64,000 nucleotides of DNA, from the NCBI GenBank assembly GCA_032161105.1, contig JAVHTD010000002.1. One strand, given 5' to 3'. Positions within the stretch are counted from its first letter, which is position 1, and every line of letters begins with the position of its first letter. The notes under the pieces are model-generated. The model saw only the letters and a program-made list of their open reading frames with translations, did not search any database and was not told the origin of the DNA. Of this stretch, positions 32,412-42,406 are shown piece after piece. The stretch comes from Candidatus Thermosaccharophagus tengchongensis. Lineage in GTDB: Bacteria > Armatimonadota > Fervidibacteria > Fervidibacterales > Thermosaccharophagaceae. Made by a program: the position numbers and the translations under genes.

Positions 32412-35400
32412 ATGGCGCACAAGTTTGCCTTAAGGCGTGCGTTAGCAGTTGGTTCATCACTTGGTGTGGTATTTGCGGCGCTCCTCATTTACATGCTGGC
32501 TCGCAGCGCAACCTCTGGGACATTGCAGCAAAGTGAGTATTTGCCCTCGCCACTTGAAACCCATCTTATCGGACAGCGTGAGTGGCTTGCTGGCTCAACA
32601 GCATCATTGCGCATCATCGTCCGAAACCATGAGAAGGACGAACCAATCGCTAACGCGCAGGTTAAAGCCTCACTCAAACACGAGGGTGGACAAACGATAC
32701 AGCTCTTCACGGAGCGCACAAATAGGCATGGGACGGTTGAGAGGGCATTCGCAGTGCCATCATGGGCAGTCGGCAGGAATGAACTTGAAGTCAATGTGAA
32801 GACACCAATAGGGGAAGACAAAATCGTTGAAGCGGTCACTGTGCGTGATGAGGTGCGAATCCTGTTAACCACCGACAAGCCGCTGTATCAGCCGTCGCAA
32901 ATCATACACATGCGTGCGCTGTGCCTGAATGCAGCGACTTTGAAGCCGGCATCCAACATGCAAATCTCGTTTGAGGTTGAGGACCCGAAGGGCAACAAAG
33001 TCTTCAGGAAGCGCGAGAGGACATCGCAATTTGGCATTGCCAGCGCAGACTTCCAACTCGCTGACGAAATCAACCTCGGAAACTATACCGTTAGAGCAGT
33101 TGCGCAAACCGCCGATGACAAAGGCGAGCTAAGGAAGGTTGGCGAAGCAACGCAGACCGTCAAAGTTGACCGATATGTTTTGCCCAAGTTCAAGGTTGAG
33201 CTTGAGACATCAAAGCGCTTCTACCTTCCGGGTGAGGAAGTTAGCGGGACGGTTAAGGCGAACTACTTCTTTGGCAAGCCGGTCTCCGACGGCGAGGTCA
33301 TCATCAAGCTTTCAACATTTGATGTCGGTTGGAATCAGATTGCCGAGCTTCGTGGGCACACCGATGGCGATGGAGTTTATAGGTTCAGCTATCGCTTGCC
33401 CGTGCACTTTGTCGGGCTGCCGCTTGAGCAGGGTAAAGCGCTGCTCAGAATTGATGTGCGGGTTACGGACAGGGCTGAGCATGAGGAGCAAATAACCGAA
33501 ACGCTGCCTATAGCGAAAGAGGCAATAAGCATCGTCGTGATACCCGATAGCCAAGCATTTGCAAAGGGCATCCCCAACACGCTTTTCATGGTCACGACAT
33601 ATCCCGATGGGACGCCGGCTAAGGCGAGCATAAAAGCAGTTGGGGATGGAATCAACTGGCAAGGTGAGACGGATGAAGCCGGCATTGCTGAGCTGCAATT
33701 TGTGCCAGCCAAAGAGCCCATCAGCATTACCGTTGAAGCAATTGATAGGCAGGGCAACAGGGGCAAATTGGTGAGGACGATTGAGAGCCAAGTCAGCGAT
33801 GAAGCCATTTTGCTCCGCACAAGTAAGGCAGTGGCGAAAGTCGGCGATGCAATACAGCTGACGGTTCTTTCGCCGAGGCGTGGTGGCACTGTCTACATTG
33901 ATGCAATCAGGGGAAGGCAAACTGTGCTCACCAAGGCGCTTGAGATGAACGGCACGAAGGGCGTCATGCAGCTGGCACTCACCGAGCAGATGATGGGCAC
34001 ATTGACGCTTCACGCATACCGAATAACGAGGACGGGTCAAATTGTCCGTGATACAAAGGTCGTCTATGTCAATCCGGCTGAGGACCTGCGCGTATCCATC
34101 AAGCCGGACAGGGATGTGTATCTTCCGGGCAAGGAGGCGCGAATTGACTTTTCCGTTTCTGACACCTCAGGGAGACCATTGCTTGCAGCGCTCGGAATAA
34201 CCGCAGTTGATGAGTCAGTCTATGCCCTTCAGGAAATGCAGCCGGGGCTTGAGAAGGTTTACTTCACGCTTGAGCGGGAGCTGCTTAAGCCGAGGTATGA
34301 AATTCACGGCTTTGAACCGATAGTGATACTTCGTGAGCCAACAAGACCGATCCCGCTTGAGCGCAAGCAGCCGGCTGAGATTGATGAGAGGAAGCAAAGA
34401 GCTGCGAGGGTGCTGTTTGCTGCGGCAATGCCGGACTTGCACACAATGCATGTGAACACATGGCAGGTGAGGGCACAACAGCTCCGTGAGAAGTGGATTG
34501 AGCATGCCGAGAAGGCTTACACGCGAGTGATGAATGCCCTTGAGCAATATCGCCGGCGCTATGGTGATTACCCGGAGCCAAAGGAAGTTATAGACGCCCT
34601 CATCCGTGAGAGGCTGCTCAGCCGCCAAGATGTGCTTGATCCTTTGGGGAGGGAGTATCGCGTTGAGCTTTTGAGGGGTCGCTTCCTTTCGCTCATCGGG
34701 GCAGGACCGGACGGTGAGTTCGGGACAAGTGATGATGTGAGAATGCCACAGGAGCTTCGGTTGAAATTTCGGCGTGATGTAATTGCTTTGGAGGGAGGAC
34801 CGATTCAAGCGCTTGCGGTTCCCCCGGGAGTTCCGGGAGTTAGAGGAGTTGTAGCCGAAGCCGAAAAAGCCGCAGCATTTGGCGCAGCCGGCGCTGGCGC
34901 GCCTGAGGCGCAGCAAATTCGCATAAGGCAGTTCTTCCCGGAGACGCTTTTGTTCATCCCGCAACTGATCACCGACGAGCGCGGCAGGGCATCGCTCAAC
35001 CTGACGATGGCTGACTCAATCACAACATGGCGGTTGACTGCGATGGCATCCTCTCTCAATGGCTTGCTCGGGAGCGCTGTAGCATCGTTGCGAGTCTTTC
35101 AGGACTTCTTCGTTGACATTGACCTTCCGGTCAGCTTGACACAGGGGGACGAGGTCTCAATACCAGTTGCGATTTACAACTACTTGCCGGCTGCTCAAAC
35201 TGTGCGCCTGCAACTTCAACCCGAAGATTGGTTTGAGCCGCTGAGCAGCATTGAGCAAACTGTGAGGATGAACGCCGGCGAAGTTGGCGTGGTTAGATTC
35301 CCGATACGGGTTAAGGCGCTCGGGACGCACAGCATGACAGTGGTCGCTCGTGGCGAGAAGATGAGCGACGCAATAAAGCGCCAAGTGATGGTTGTCCCAA

Positions 35401-37037
35401 ACGGCAAGGAAGTCTGGCAGTCAATTAGCGACACGCTCAAAGGCAGCACAAGGAAGGTCGTGAAGATACCGCCGCAGGCGATTGATGACGCCTCAACGAT
35501 ACTTGTGCGCGTTTACGGTGGCGGGTTCAGCCAAGTCGTTGATGGCTTGGATAAACTGCTCCGCATGCCGTTCGGATGCTTTGAGCAAACCTCTTCCGTC
35601 ACATATCCGAATGTGCTCGTCCTTGATTACATGAAGCGCACAAGGCAAATCAACCCAGAGATACAGATGAAGGCTGAGCAGTATATCAACTTGGGCTATC
35701 AGCGCCTGCTCACATTTGAGGTCAAGGGTGGCGGCTTCTCATGGTTTGGCAATCCGCCGGCACATGAGGTGCTAACCGCATACGGGCTAATGGAGTTCAA
35801 TGACATGAGCAAGGTCTTTGAGATTGACGGGCGTGTGATAGAAAGAACTGCCAAGTGGCTCATCTCAAGGCAGCGTCAAGATGGCTCTTGGGAACCACCG
35901 AAGGAAGGGATTCGTGAGGGCGTCATAAACCGGCAGACGGATGTGATGCGAACGACGGCATACATTGCTTGGGCACTCACAGAGGCGTTGGCGAGCGTCT
36001 CTGATGCGGAAGTGAAGCGCTCAATCGGAAGGGCGATTGATTACATGATGGGACAGCGGGTTGAAGGCGTTGAAGATGCCTATGCGCTCGCTGTGATTGC
36101 GAATGCGTTTGTCGGTTGGGATAGGGACAACCCTGTTACGGGACGATTGATTGAGAGGCTCGCCAACATGGCTATCGTTGATGGTGATTCAGCCTATTGG
36201 CGCACGAGTGCGCCCACATTCACACACAGCAAAGGGATGACGGCTGACCTTGAGGCGACGGCGCTTGCCGCATATGCATTGTTGAGGGCTCGCTCGCATC
36301 CGGATCTTGTGAGCAAGGCTTTGACATACCTCGTCAGGAACAAGGACGCTTTCGGCACTTGGCACAACACACAGGCAACCGTTTGGGCGCTTAAGGCGTT
36401 GCTGCTTGCGACTGAGGGCGCAACGAGCGAGATTGATGCTCAAATCACCATACGATGCAACGGGATGGAAGCAGCGAAGCTGCGTATCACGCCAGAAGAT
36501 AGCGATATCGTTCGCCAGGTTGACTTGAAGAAGTTCGTAAGGGAGGGCGATAATGAAATCGCTATTGACTGGCAGGGCAAAGGGAGCGCAATCTATCAAA
36601 TCGCATCACGGTTCTACTTGCCTTGGGATCTGATTCGGGGCGAGGAGAAGGAGCCGCTTGATGTAAGCGTTGATTACGACAGGCGTGAGCTGTCAGTCAA
36701 CGACATCGTCAAATGCACGGTGAGGGTGAAGAACAACCAACCGATGACGGCGAAGATGGTCATCGTTGATGTTGGCATACCGCCCGGCTTCCAAGTCATC
36801 TCCGAGGACTTGGCAAAGCTCGTGGAACAGAAGGTCATACAAAAGTTCAACCTGACTGGGAGGCAGGTTATCGTCTACCTTGAGGAGGTGCGCTCGCAAA
36901 GCACCGTGATAATTTCGTATCGCCTGAGGGCGACTTGCCCGATCAGGGCGAGCTCTGGCGCTGCTGCTGCCTACGAATACTATGCACCTGAGGAGACACG
37001 CGTTGAGGCAAAGCCAGTGAGGTTGGTTGTGAAGTGA
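32412..37037 (+). CDS. Alpha-2-macroglobulin family thioester protein with internal GspG-like domain
   Basis: N-terminal hydrophobic segment; TDKPLYQP, YVLPKF, AVDESVYAL, IRQFFPET and DSITTW; thioester GCFEQ at 35574-35588; C-terminal AYEYY. Confidence 0.92.
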   Translation: MAHKFALRRALAVGSSLGVVFAALLIYMLARSATSGTLQQSEYLPSPLETHLIGQREWLAGSTASLRIIVRNHEKDEPIANAQVKASLKHEGGQTIQLFTERTNRHGTVERAFAVPSWAVGRNELEVNVKTPIGEDKIVEAVTVRDEVRILLTTDKPLYQPSQIIHMRALCLNAATLKPASNMQISFEVEDPKGNKVFRKRERTSQFGIASADFQLADEINLGNYTVRAVAQTADDKGELRKVGEATQTVKVDRYVLPKFKVELETSKRFYLPGEEVSGTVKANYFFGKPVSDGEVIIKLSTFDVGWNQIAELRGHTDGDGVYRFSYRLPVHFVGLPLEQGKALLRIDVRVTDRAEHEEQITETLPIAKEAISIVVIPDSQAFAKGIPNTLFMVTTYPDGTPAKASIKAVGDGINWQGETDEAGIAELQFVPAKEPISITVEAIDRQGNRGKLVRTIESQVSDEAILLRTSKAVAKVGDAIQLTVLSPRRGGTVYIDAIRGRQTVLTKALEMNGTKGVMQLALTEQMMGTLTLHAYRITRTGQIVRDTKVVYVNPAEDLRVSIKPDRDVYLPGKEARIDFSVSDTSGRPLLAALGITAVDESVYALQEMQPGLEKVYFTLERELLKPRYEIHGFEPIVILREPTRPIPLERKQPAEIDERKQRAARVLFAAAMPDLHTMHVNTWQVRAQQLREKWIEHAEKAYTRVMNALEQYRRRYGDYPEPKEVIDALIRERLLSRQDVLDPLGREYRVELLRGRFLSLIGAGPDGEFGTSDDVRMPQELRLKFRRDVIALEGGPIQALAVPPGVPGVRGVVAEAEKAAAFGAAGAGAPEAQQIRIRQFFPETLLFIPQLITDERGRASLNLTMADSITTWRLTAMASSLNGLLGSAVASLRVFQDFFVDIDLPVSLTQGDEVSIPVAIYNYLPAAQTVRLQLQPEDWFEPLSSIEQTVRMNAGEVGVVRFPIRVKALGTHSMTVVARGEKMSDAIKRQVMVVPNGKEVWQSISDTLKGSTRKVVKIPPQAIDDASTILVRVYGGGFSQVVDGLDKLLRMPFGCFEQTSSVTYPNVLVLDYMKRTRQINPEIQMKAEQYINLGYQRLLTFEVKGGGFSWFGNPPAHEVLTAYGLMEFNDMSKVFEIDGRVIERTAKWLISRQRQDGSWEPPKEGIREGVINRQTDVMRTTAYIAWALTEALASVSDAEVKRSIGRAIDYMMGQRVEGVEDAYALAVIANAFVGWDRDNPVTGRLIERLANMAIVDGDSAYWRTSAPTFTHSKGMTADLEATALAAYALLRARSHPDLVSKALTYLVRNKDAFGTWHNTQATVWALKALLLATEGATSEIDAQITIRCNGMEAAKLRITPEDSDIVRQVDLKKFVREGDNEIAIDWQGKGSAIYQIASRFYLPWDLIRGEEKEPLDVSVDYDRRELSVNDIVKCTVRVKNNQPMTAKMVIVDVGIPPGFQVISEDLAKLVEQKVIQKFNLTGRQVIVYLEEVRSQSTVIISYRLRATCPIRASSGAAAAYEYYAPEETRVEAKPVRLVVK

Positions 37038-37041
37038 TGCT

Positions 37042-37857
37042 TTAAAGCTCCACATCCCTCGGTGCGAGTGAGAGAACGCCCCTTAGGATGCCTATGAGCG
37101 TCGTGTTCGGTGGCAGGGCCACCTCCAAACTGATATATTGCGGCTTTGATAGCTTTGAGAGCTCCGCAAAGAATTGGTGCCAGTTGATGCAGCCCCTCCC
37201 CGGGGGCAAATGCAGATCTTCAAAACCATCGTTATCGTTCCAATGAATGATGATCAAATGCGGTGCGAGGGTGTGCAGCGATTGTATCAATCCCTCAGCG
37301 CTTATGTTCGCATGACCGGTATCAAGGCACACCTTTAATCGCTCGCTCGACACGCTCGCAACCAGCTCAATTAGCTCTGAGGAGCTGTCACCGATGGCAA
37401 TCGGAGTGAGGTTTTCAACGGCGATGATGACATTGTATTTTTCCGCCCACTCAATGAGCCTTGCGAGGCTATCAATTGATGCCCTCAGGGCTTCCTCACG
37501 CATACCAGCATCGTGCAATCTTCCCCCGGGGTGCACAACAACGACGCTCGCACCGATGGCTCTCGCCACTTCAATTGCGCGCCTGTGTGCAGTGATGGCT
37601 CGTTGCCTGTGCGAATGGTCTAAGCTGCTCAAATCGTATTGTCCGCCGTATGGCGCATGCAATGCACAAGCTTGAACGCCATTCTTATGCAACGCAGCGC
37701 TGAGAGCACTCACTTCAGCTTCGTCAAAGAAGTTGAAGTGGTGCTCGCCATCAGCCCAAACTTCAATTGAGCTTGCTCCTTCCTTCGCGAGCTTGTGAAT
37801 GTAGCGTGACAGGCGCACGCCATGAAACATTGATGAACAAACTATCAAGCGCATCAT
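37042..37857 (-). CDS. Sugar phosphate isomerase/epimerase family protein
   Basis: ALHAP, VVHPG, AVEN, LDTGH and HWNDN..DLH. Confidence 0.82.
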   Translation of the reverse strand: MMRLIVCSSMFHGVRLSRYIHKLAKEGASSIEVWADGEHHFNFFDEAEVSALSAALHKNGVQACALHAPYGGQYDLSSLDHSHRQRAITAHRRAIEVARAIGASVVVVHPGGRLHDAGMREEALRASIDSLARLIEWAEKYNVIIAVENLTPIAIGDSSSELIELVASVSSERLKVCLDTGHANISAEGLIQSLHTLAPHLIIIHWNDNDGFEDLHLPPGRGCINWHQFFAELSKLSKPQYISLEVALPPNTTLIGILRGVLSLAPRDVEL

Positions 37858-38109
37858 CGCTCCCTTCTCGGCTTTCCCATTTGCACCCGTGAGGGCATCA
37901 CCGTTCCATTATGCCAAAGTTGGGGACAACGATGAATCTGAAGCGAATGTCAACTCCGACCTATTCACCGTAAGCATCGCAAACTGTGCCGCCTTGCAGG
38001 ACCGAAGGGCATTTCTCACTCAACCTTTTCCCTTCCATTCCCCATTGGTGCCACGCTGCACACTATTATGCGGGGTCAATACAATAAGTGCAAAGTGGGG
38101 TGTGCGCAG

Positions 38110-39129
38110 TTGAGTGCGTTAAACGGCTTATGCAAAATTGATCTAAGCGCCAGAGTTGGGCGATTGACATTGCGGACGCCAATCATACTGGCATCAGGTT
38201 GTTGTGGCTACGGCTTTGAACTTTTGAGGGTGAACGACTTCCCGTGGGAGGATGTCGGTGCGCTTGTGCTAAAGAGCGTAACCGTGAAGCCGAGGTCTGG
38301 AAAGCCGCCACCAAGGGTTGCCGAGGTCACCGCCGGAATGTTAAACGCCATCGGCGTGCAAAATGAGGGCATAGATGCGTTTATGGAAAAGGTTGTCCCG
38401 AAGCTGAGCGAACTGCCATGCACGGTCATCGCGAGCATCATAGGTGAGACGAAGGAAGAGTATGGGGTGCTCGCTGAAGCCATGAGCAAGTGCAATAGCA
38501 TAGCAGCCATTGAGGTCAACATATCCTCACCGAACATAGAGCGTGGCGGAATTGAGTTTGGGGTTGACCCGGATGCAGCTGGTGAAATCACGAGGCTCGT
38601 CAAGGGGCTATCTGATAAAGATGTGTGGGTGAAGCTCTCACCGAATGCCCATGACATTGCACTCATTGCGCAGAGGTGCGCCGAAGCCGGGGCTGATGTC
38701 CTCGTGCTCACAAACACAGTTCCCGCAATGGGTCTTGATATGCGCTCCTTCCCTCCAAAGCCGTTGCTTGGGGCGGTTGTTGGTGGTTTATCAGGTCCGG
38801 CTATAAAGCCGATAGTCGTCCGCAAGGTGTATGAGGCGGTGAGGCAGCTGCGCAAAATGGCGGTGAGCACTCAAGTTGTAGCATCTGGCGGTGTTTGGAG
38901 GGGGCATGACATCATTGAATATCTCTCAGTTGGAGCGGTTGCTGTGCAGGTTGGGACGCTGCTTTTGCACGATGTGCATGCGCCAAGGAGACTGCGCATT
39001 GAGCTTGAGCAATATGCGCAATGGGTGTATGGACTCACGGGCGATGAGAAGTGGCTGCGCATATCAAGTTATATCGGGTGTGCATTGCAAGCGTGTGAAT
39101 CATGGGGGGGTGTGAATGATGAGGGTTAG
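38110..39129 (+). CDS. pyrD: Dihydroorotate dehydrogenase (family 1-like)
   Basis: ILASG, MLNAIG, EVNISSPN, VKLSPN, GGLSGPAIKP and AVQVGT; start uncertain. Confidence 0.88.
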   Translation: MSALNGLCKIDLSARVGRLTLRTPIILASGCCGYGFELLRVNDFPWEDVGALVLKSVTVKPRSGKPPPRVAEVTAGMLNAIGVQNEGIDAFMEKVVPKLSELPCTVIASIIGETKEEYGVLAEAMSKCNSIAAIEVNISSPNIERGGIEFGVDPDAAGEITRLVKGLSDKDVWVKLSPNAHDIALIAQRCAEAGADVLVLTNTVPAMGLDMRSFPPKPLLGAVVGGLSGPAIKPIVVRKVYEAVRQLRKMAVSTQVVASGGVWRGHDIIEYLSVGAVAVQVGTLLLHDVHAPRRLRIELEQYAQWVYGLTGDEKWLRISSYIGCALQACESWGGVNDEG

Positions 39130-39829
39130 TTGCCCTCACAGGTGGGATGTGACGCCTGAGGAGGCTATTGAGATACAGCGCCAATTAGCCCCGCAGGTCA
39201 TTGATGAAGATGTTGTGCCCGACCTGTTGTCATCGGCACGCTATGTTGCAGGCGTTGATGTCCATCAGGCTGCGGATGGGAAGATGAGAGCTGTCGTATG
39301 CGTGCTCACCTTCCCATCGCTCACGGTTGAGGAATATGCCGACGCCGAGGTTGAAGTCTCGTTTCCATACATTCCGGGATTGCTCGCCTTCCGTGAGGGT
39401 CCGGCAGTGCTTAAGGCGTTTGAGAAGCTCAATGTGACTCCCGACTTCATACTTTGGGATGCACAGGGGAGGGCTCACCAGAGGCGTCTTGGACTTGCCT
39501 CGCAGATGGGCTTAATCCTTGACATACCATCGGTGGGGTGCGCAAAGAGCATCCTGTATGGCGAATGGACTGAGCCGAGGGATGAGGTCGGCGCTTGGAC
39601 TCCAATCATTGACCCGAAAGATGGCGATATCATCGGCGCAACGGTGCGCACAAAGAGGGGCGTTCAACCGGTGTTCGTCTCAATTGGGCACAAGGTCAGC
39701 TTGGAGACAGCCATTGAGCTCGTGCTCAGATGCTGCGCGGGATATCGCATACCAGAGCCACTGCGCTGCGCGCATAAGCGTGCGAAGGAACAACCAAAGG
39801 AGCAAAGCGAACAGCTCAGCTTGTTCTAA
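39116..39829 (+). CDS. nfi: Endonuclease V
   Basis: AGVDV, FPYIPGLLAFRE, GCAKS, PVFVSIGH and YRIPEPLRCAH. Confidence 0.93.
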   Translation: MMRVSCPHRWDVTPEEAIEIQRQLAPQVIDEDVVPDLLSSARYVAGVDVHQAADGKMRAVVCVLTFPSLTVEEYADAEVEVSFPYIPGLLAFREGPAVLKAFEKLNVTPDFILWDAQGRAHQRRLGLASQMGLILDIPSVGCAKSILYGEWTEPRDEVGAWTPIIDPKDGDIIGATVRTKRGVQPVFVSIGHKVSLETAIELVLRCCAGYRIPEPLRCAHKRAKEQPKEQSEQLSLF

Positions 39830-39894
39830 TGGCATTGCTCGCCCTTTAACATCGGCATGGTGGAGGTGCTATCCCACTGGGCAGGCTCACAGCT

Positions 39895-41571
39895 GTGCTC
39901 CTTATGCTCGTGTCCCTGTTTGGGTTGTGCATCAGGTTGGCTATAGCGTGGCAGCCATATGACTGGCTCATACGCACTGGCTCATTCGGCGATGATGCAT
40001 GCTACTATGCGGCGATAGCGCATAACATAGCAAAGGGCAACGGAGCCACAACTGATGGAATACATACGACCAACGGATTTCAGCCGCTGTGGGCATTCAT
40101 GCTCGTCCCAATCTACGCCTTGGGAGCTTCAAAGGAGAGCGCCATCAACATCGCAATGACAATCCTCGCCACCTTCAGCGCCTTAACTGGATTGGTGCTG
40201 TTCCTTTTGGCAAAGCGGCTGTGGGATGAGCGTGTTGCGCTGTGGGTCTCCTTCTTCTGGATGACATCGCCGACCGTCTTGAGGCAGTCACTCAATGGCA
40301 TGGAAACTGGTCTTTATGTCTTCATGCTTTCCCTCGCATCGCTGCTCATCATCTGGCATAGTTCTCGTGCGAGACAGACGGCATTTGAAATTGTCGCCAT
40401 CGGACTTGTGCTCGGTTTGGTTGTCTTGAGCAGGGTTGATGGGATGCCATTTGCGCTTGCTGCCGTGCTCTCATGCGCAATCAATCCGGCGACATGTGGG
40501 TATGCCGGCGGCAATGTTTCAACTGCACAACCGTTCAAATGCGCTCATCCCTCTTTCATTGATTCACCGCTTATTAGGCTCTCGGTCATCCTGTTTGTGT
40601 TCTTGGTGACGCTTTCACCGTGGCTCATTTATAGCCTTGTCACCACCGGAAAGCTCATCCCCGAGAGTGGCAGTGCTGTGCGTTACCTATCGCTCGCATA
40701 CATTGGTGCTATTGATGAGGGCGTTACATGGCGTGTGCTGCGCCATTCATTAGCCCAGACTGCTTCAACGCTGCTGAGAGCGCAGCAGTGGAGCTTTATC
40801 AAGTCCCGCATCGCCTGCATCGTTGGTGAGCAAATGATGGCAATTCTGACCATCACCCTGCTGTCATTGGCACTGCCAACCCTGTTTTGGCTTGTGCGCG
40901 TCGGCTGCTTTCGGGTGGCTGTATGCAAGTTGCGGGTAATGCTCAAGTTGTGGTTTTGGATTGTCCACGCAATTGCGCTCTTGCTCGCATACTCGCTATA
41001 TCAGTTTGGCTGGTGGTTTTTCCCGCGCTACTTCTTCGCCGTCGTTCCCCTCGGCATTATTGCCGGTTCACTGCTTGTTGAAGCGCTTCGCTTGAGCTTG
41101 GAAGGGCTTTCCCGCAATAGCCGATTGAAACCCCTTCCAAAGCTTTTTGTGGTAGCCGTTGTGCTCATGCAGCTTGCCCAACTCAGCATCGGCTGGCATT
41201 ACATGCAAGCACGCATGTTCGGAGCATTTGAAGAGTATTTGAATGTGGCGATGTGGCTCAGGGGACACATCCCGCAGGACGCTCGCATAGGCATGTTTCA
41301 ATCCGGGACAGCAAGCTACCTATCTGAGCGCACAGTTATTAACCTTGACGGTGTAGTCAACGGAGAAGCCTTGAAGGCAATGCTCAATGGACAGATGCTG
41401 AATTATGTTGCGTCACAGGGCATATCATATATTGCAGATTGGGACGAGTTGATCCAGCTGTTGCTTGTCGGGCGCTCGCCGAGGGAGGAGCTCTCAAAAT
41501 GGAAGCTCATTCGGCTTCGGAAGGGAGAGATGTCCGTTTACAAACTTGTGAGGAGCGTAGACAGCAAGTGA
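39895..41571 (+). CDS. Polytopic membrane glycosyltransferase (GT-C/ArnT-like)
   Basis: DDACYY..A in the first loop, TNGFQPLW, NGMET and many transmembrane helices; C-terminal INLDGVVN; start uncertain. Confidence 0.7.
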   Translation: MLLMLVSLFGLCIRLAIAWQPYDWLIRTGSFGDDACYYAAIAHNIAKGNGATTDGIHTTNGFQPLWAFMLVPIYALGASKESAINIAMTILATFSALTGLVLFLLAKRLWDERVALWVSFFWMTSPTVLRQSLNGMETGLYVFMLSLASLLIIWHSSRARQTAFEIVAIGLVLGLVVLSRVDGMPFALAAVLSCAINPATCGYAGGNVSTAQPFKCAHPSFIDSPLIRLSVILFVFLVTLSPWLIYSLVTTGKLIPESGSAVRYLSLAYIGAIDEGVTWRVLRHSLAQTASTLLRAQQWSFIKSRIACIVGEQMMAILTITLLSLALPTLFWLVRVGCFRVAVCKLRVMLKLWFWIVHAIALLLAYSLYQFGWWFFPRYFFAVVPLGIIAGSLLVEALRLSLEGLSRNSRLKPLPKLFVVAVVLMQLAQLSIGWHYMQARMFGAFEEYLNVAMWLRGHIPQDARIGMFQSGTASYLSERTVINLDGVVNGEALKAMLNGQMLNYVASQGISYIADWDELIQLLLVGRSPREELSKWKLIRLRKGEMSVYKLVRSVDSK

Positions 41572-42404
41572 GGAGGGCATCATGCCCTTGGTGCGATTAC
41601 GCCGATTGGTCTCCATTGATCATTGATGATGGCATCCCAGTAGCCAAATGCAGGTGCTGCGGTGTAGCCTTCGCGGTCGTCGTCCCAACAATTCAATACC
41701 TGCGTGAGTATTACACGGAGCAGTTTTCAGATGAGCGCTACTGGGAGAGGGAACTTTCCTCGGCTCGCCCGTGGCTGCACAGGCGCTTGCTCGCGAGGAT
41801 AATGCGATATAAGCCGAGCGGAACGCTGCTTGATGTCGGCTGCTCATTTGGCTTCTTCATCAACATGGCAAGGCAATTCGGATACAGCGTCATCGGTGTT
41901 GAGATAAGCGAGCCGGCGGCAAACTACGCACGCAACAAACTCGGGTTGAATGTCCTCTCAGGAACGCTTGAAGACGCATGCCTTGAAGATGAGAGCGTTG
42001 ATGTTGTCACTTTGGTTGATGTGCTTGAGCACATCCCTGAGCCGATGGCGACACTGCGCGAGATAAGGCGATTGCTGCGCAGCGGTGGCTTGCTTGTCGT
42101 CCGTGTTCCGAACTTCAAGTTCCATTGGCTCAAAACACTCCTTCTGAGGGCGCTCAAGAGGCGCAACTTCATCGGGCTTGACTCGCGCAACCATATTAAT
42201 CACTTCACCGTTGATGCTTTGACAAAGGGCTTGCACCGGCTTGGCTTTGAAGTGATTGATGTGTTCCCCGGCGCACCGAACATCTACCGAAAGTGGCTAT
42301 TTGATGCCGTGCGAGTGGCTTATTGGGCGATGGCGGTTGCTTTAAAAGTGGCGCTTGGAATTCAGGTCGGGAACAGCATTGAGGTCTTCGCAATGAAGCG
42401 TTAA
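41568..42404 (+). CDS. Class I SAM-dependent methyltransferase with N-terminal CxxC pair
   Basis: CPWC..CRCC, LLDVGCSFGFF and DVLEHIP; GTG overlaps the upstream TGA. Confidence 0.85.
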   Translation: MRRASCPWCDYADWSPLIIDDGIPVAKCRCCGVAFAVVVPTIQYLREYYTEQFSDERYWERELSSARPWLHRRLLARIMRYKPSGTLLDVGCSFGFFINMARQFGYSVIGVEISEPAANYARNKLGLNVLSGTLEDACLEDESVDVVTLVDVLEHIPEPMATLREIRRLLRSGGLLVVRVPNFKFHWLKTLLLRALKRRNFIGLDSRNHINHFTVDALTKGLHRLGFEVIDVFPGAPNIYRKWLFDAVRVAYWAMAVALKVALGIQVGNSIEVFAMKR

Positions 42405-42406
42405 AG

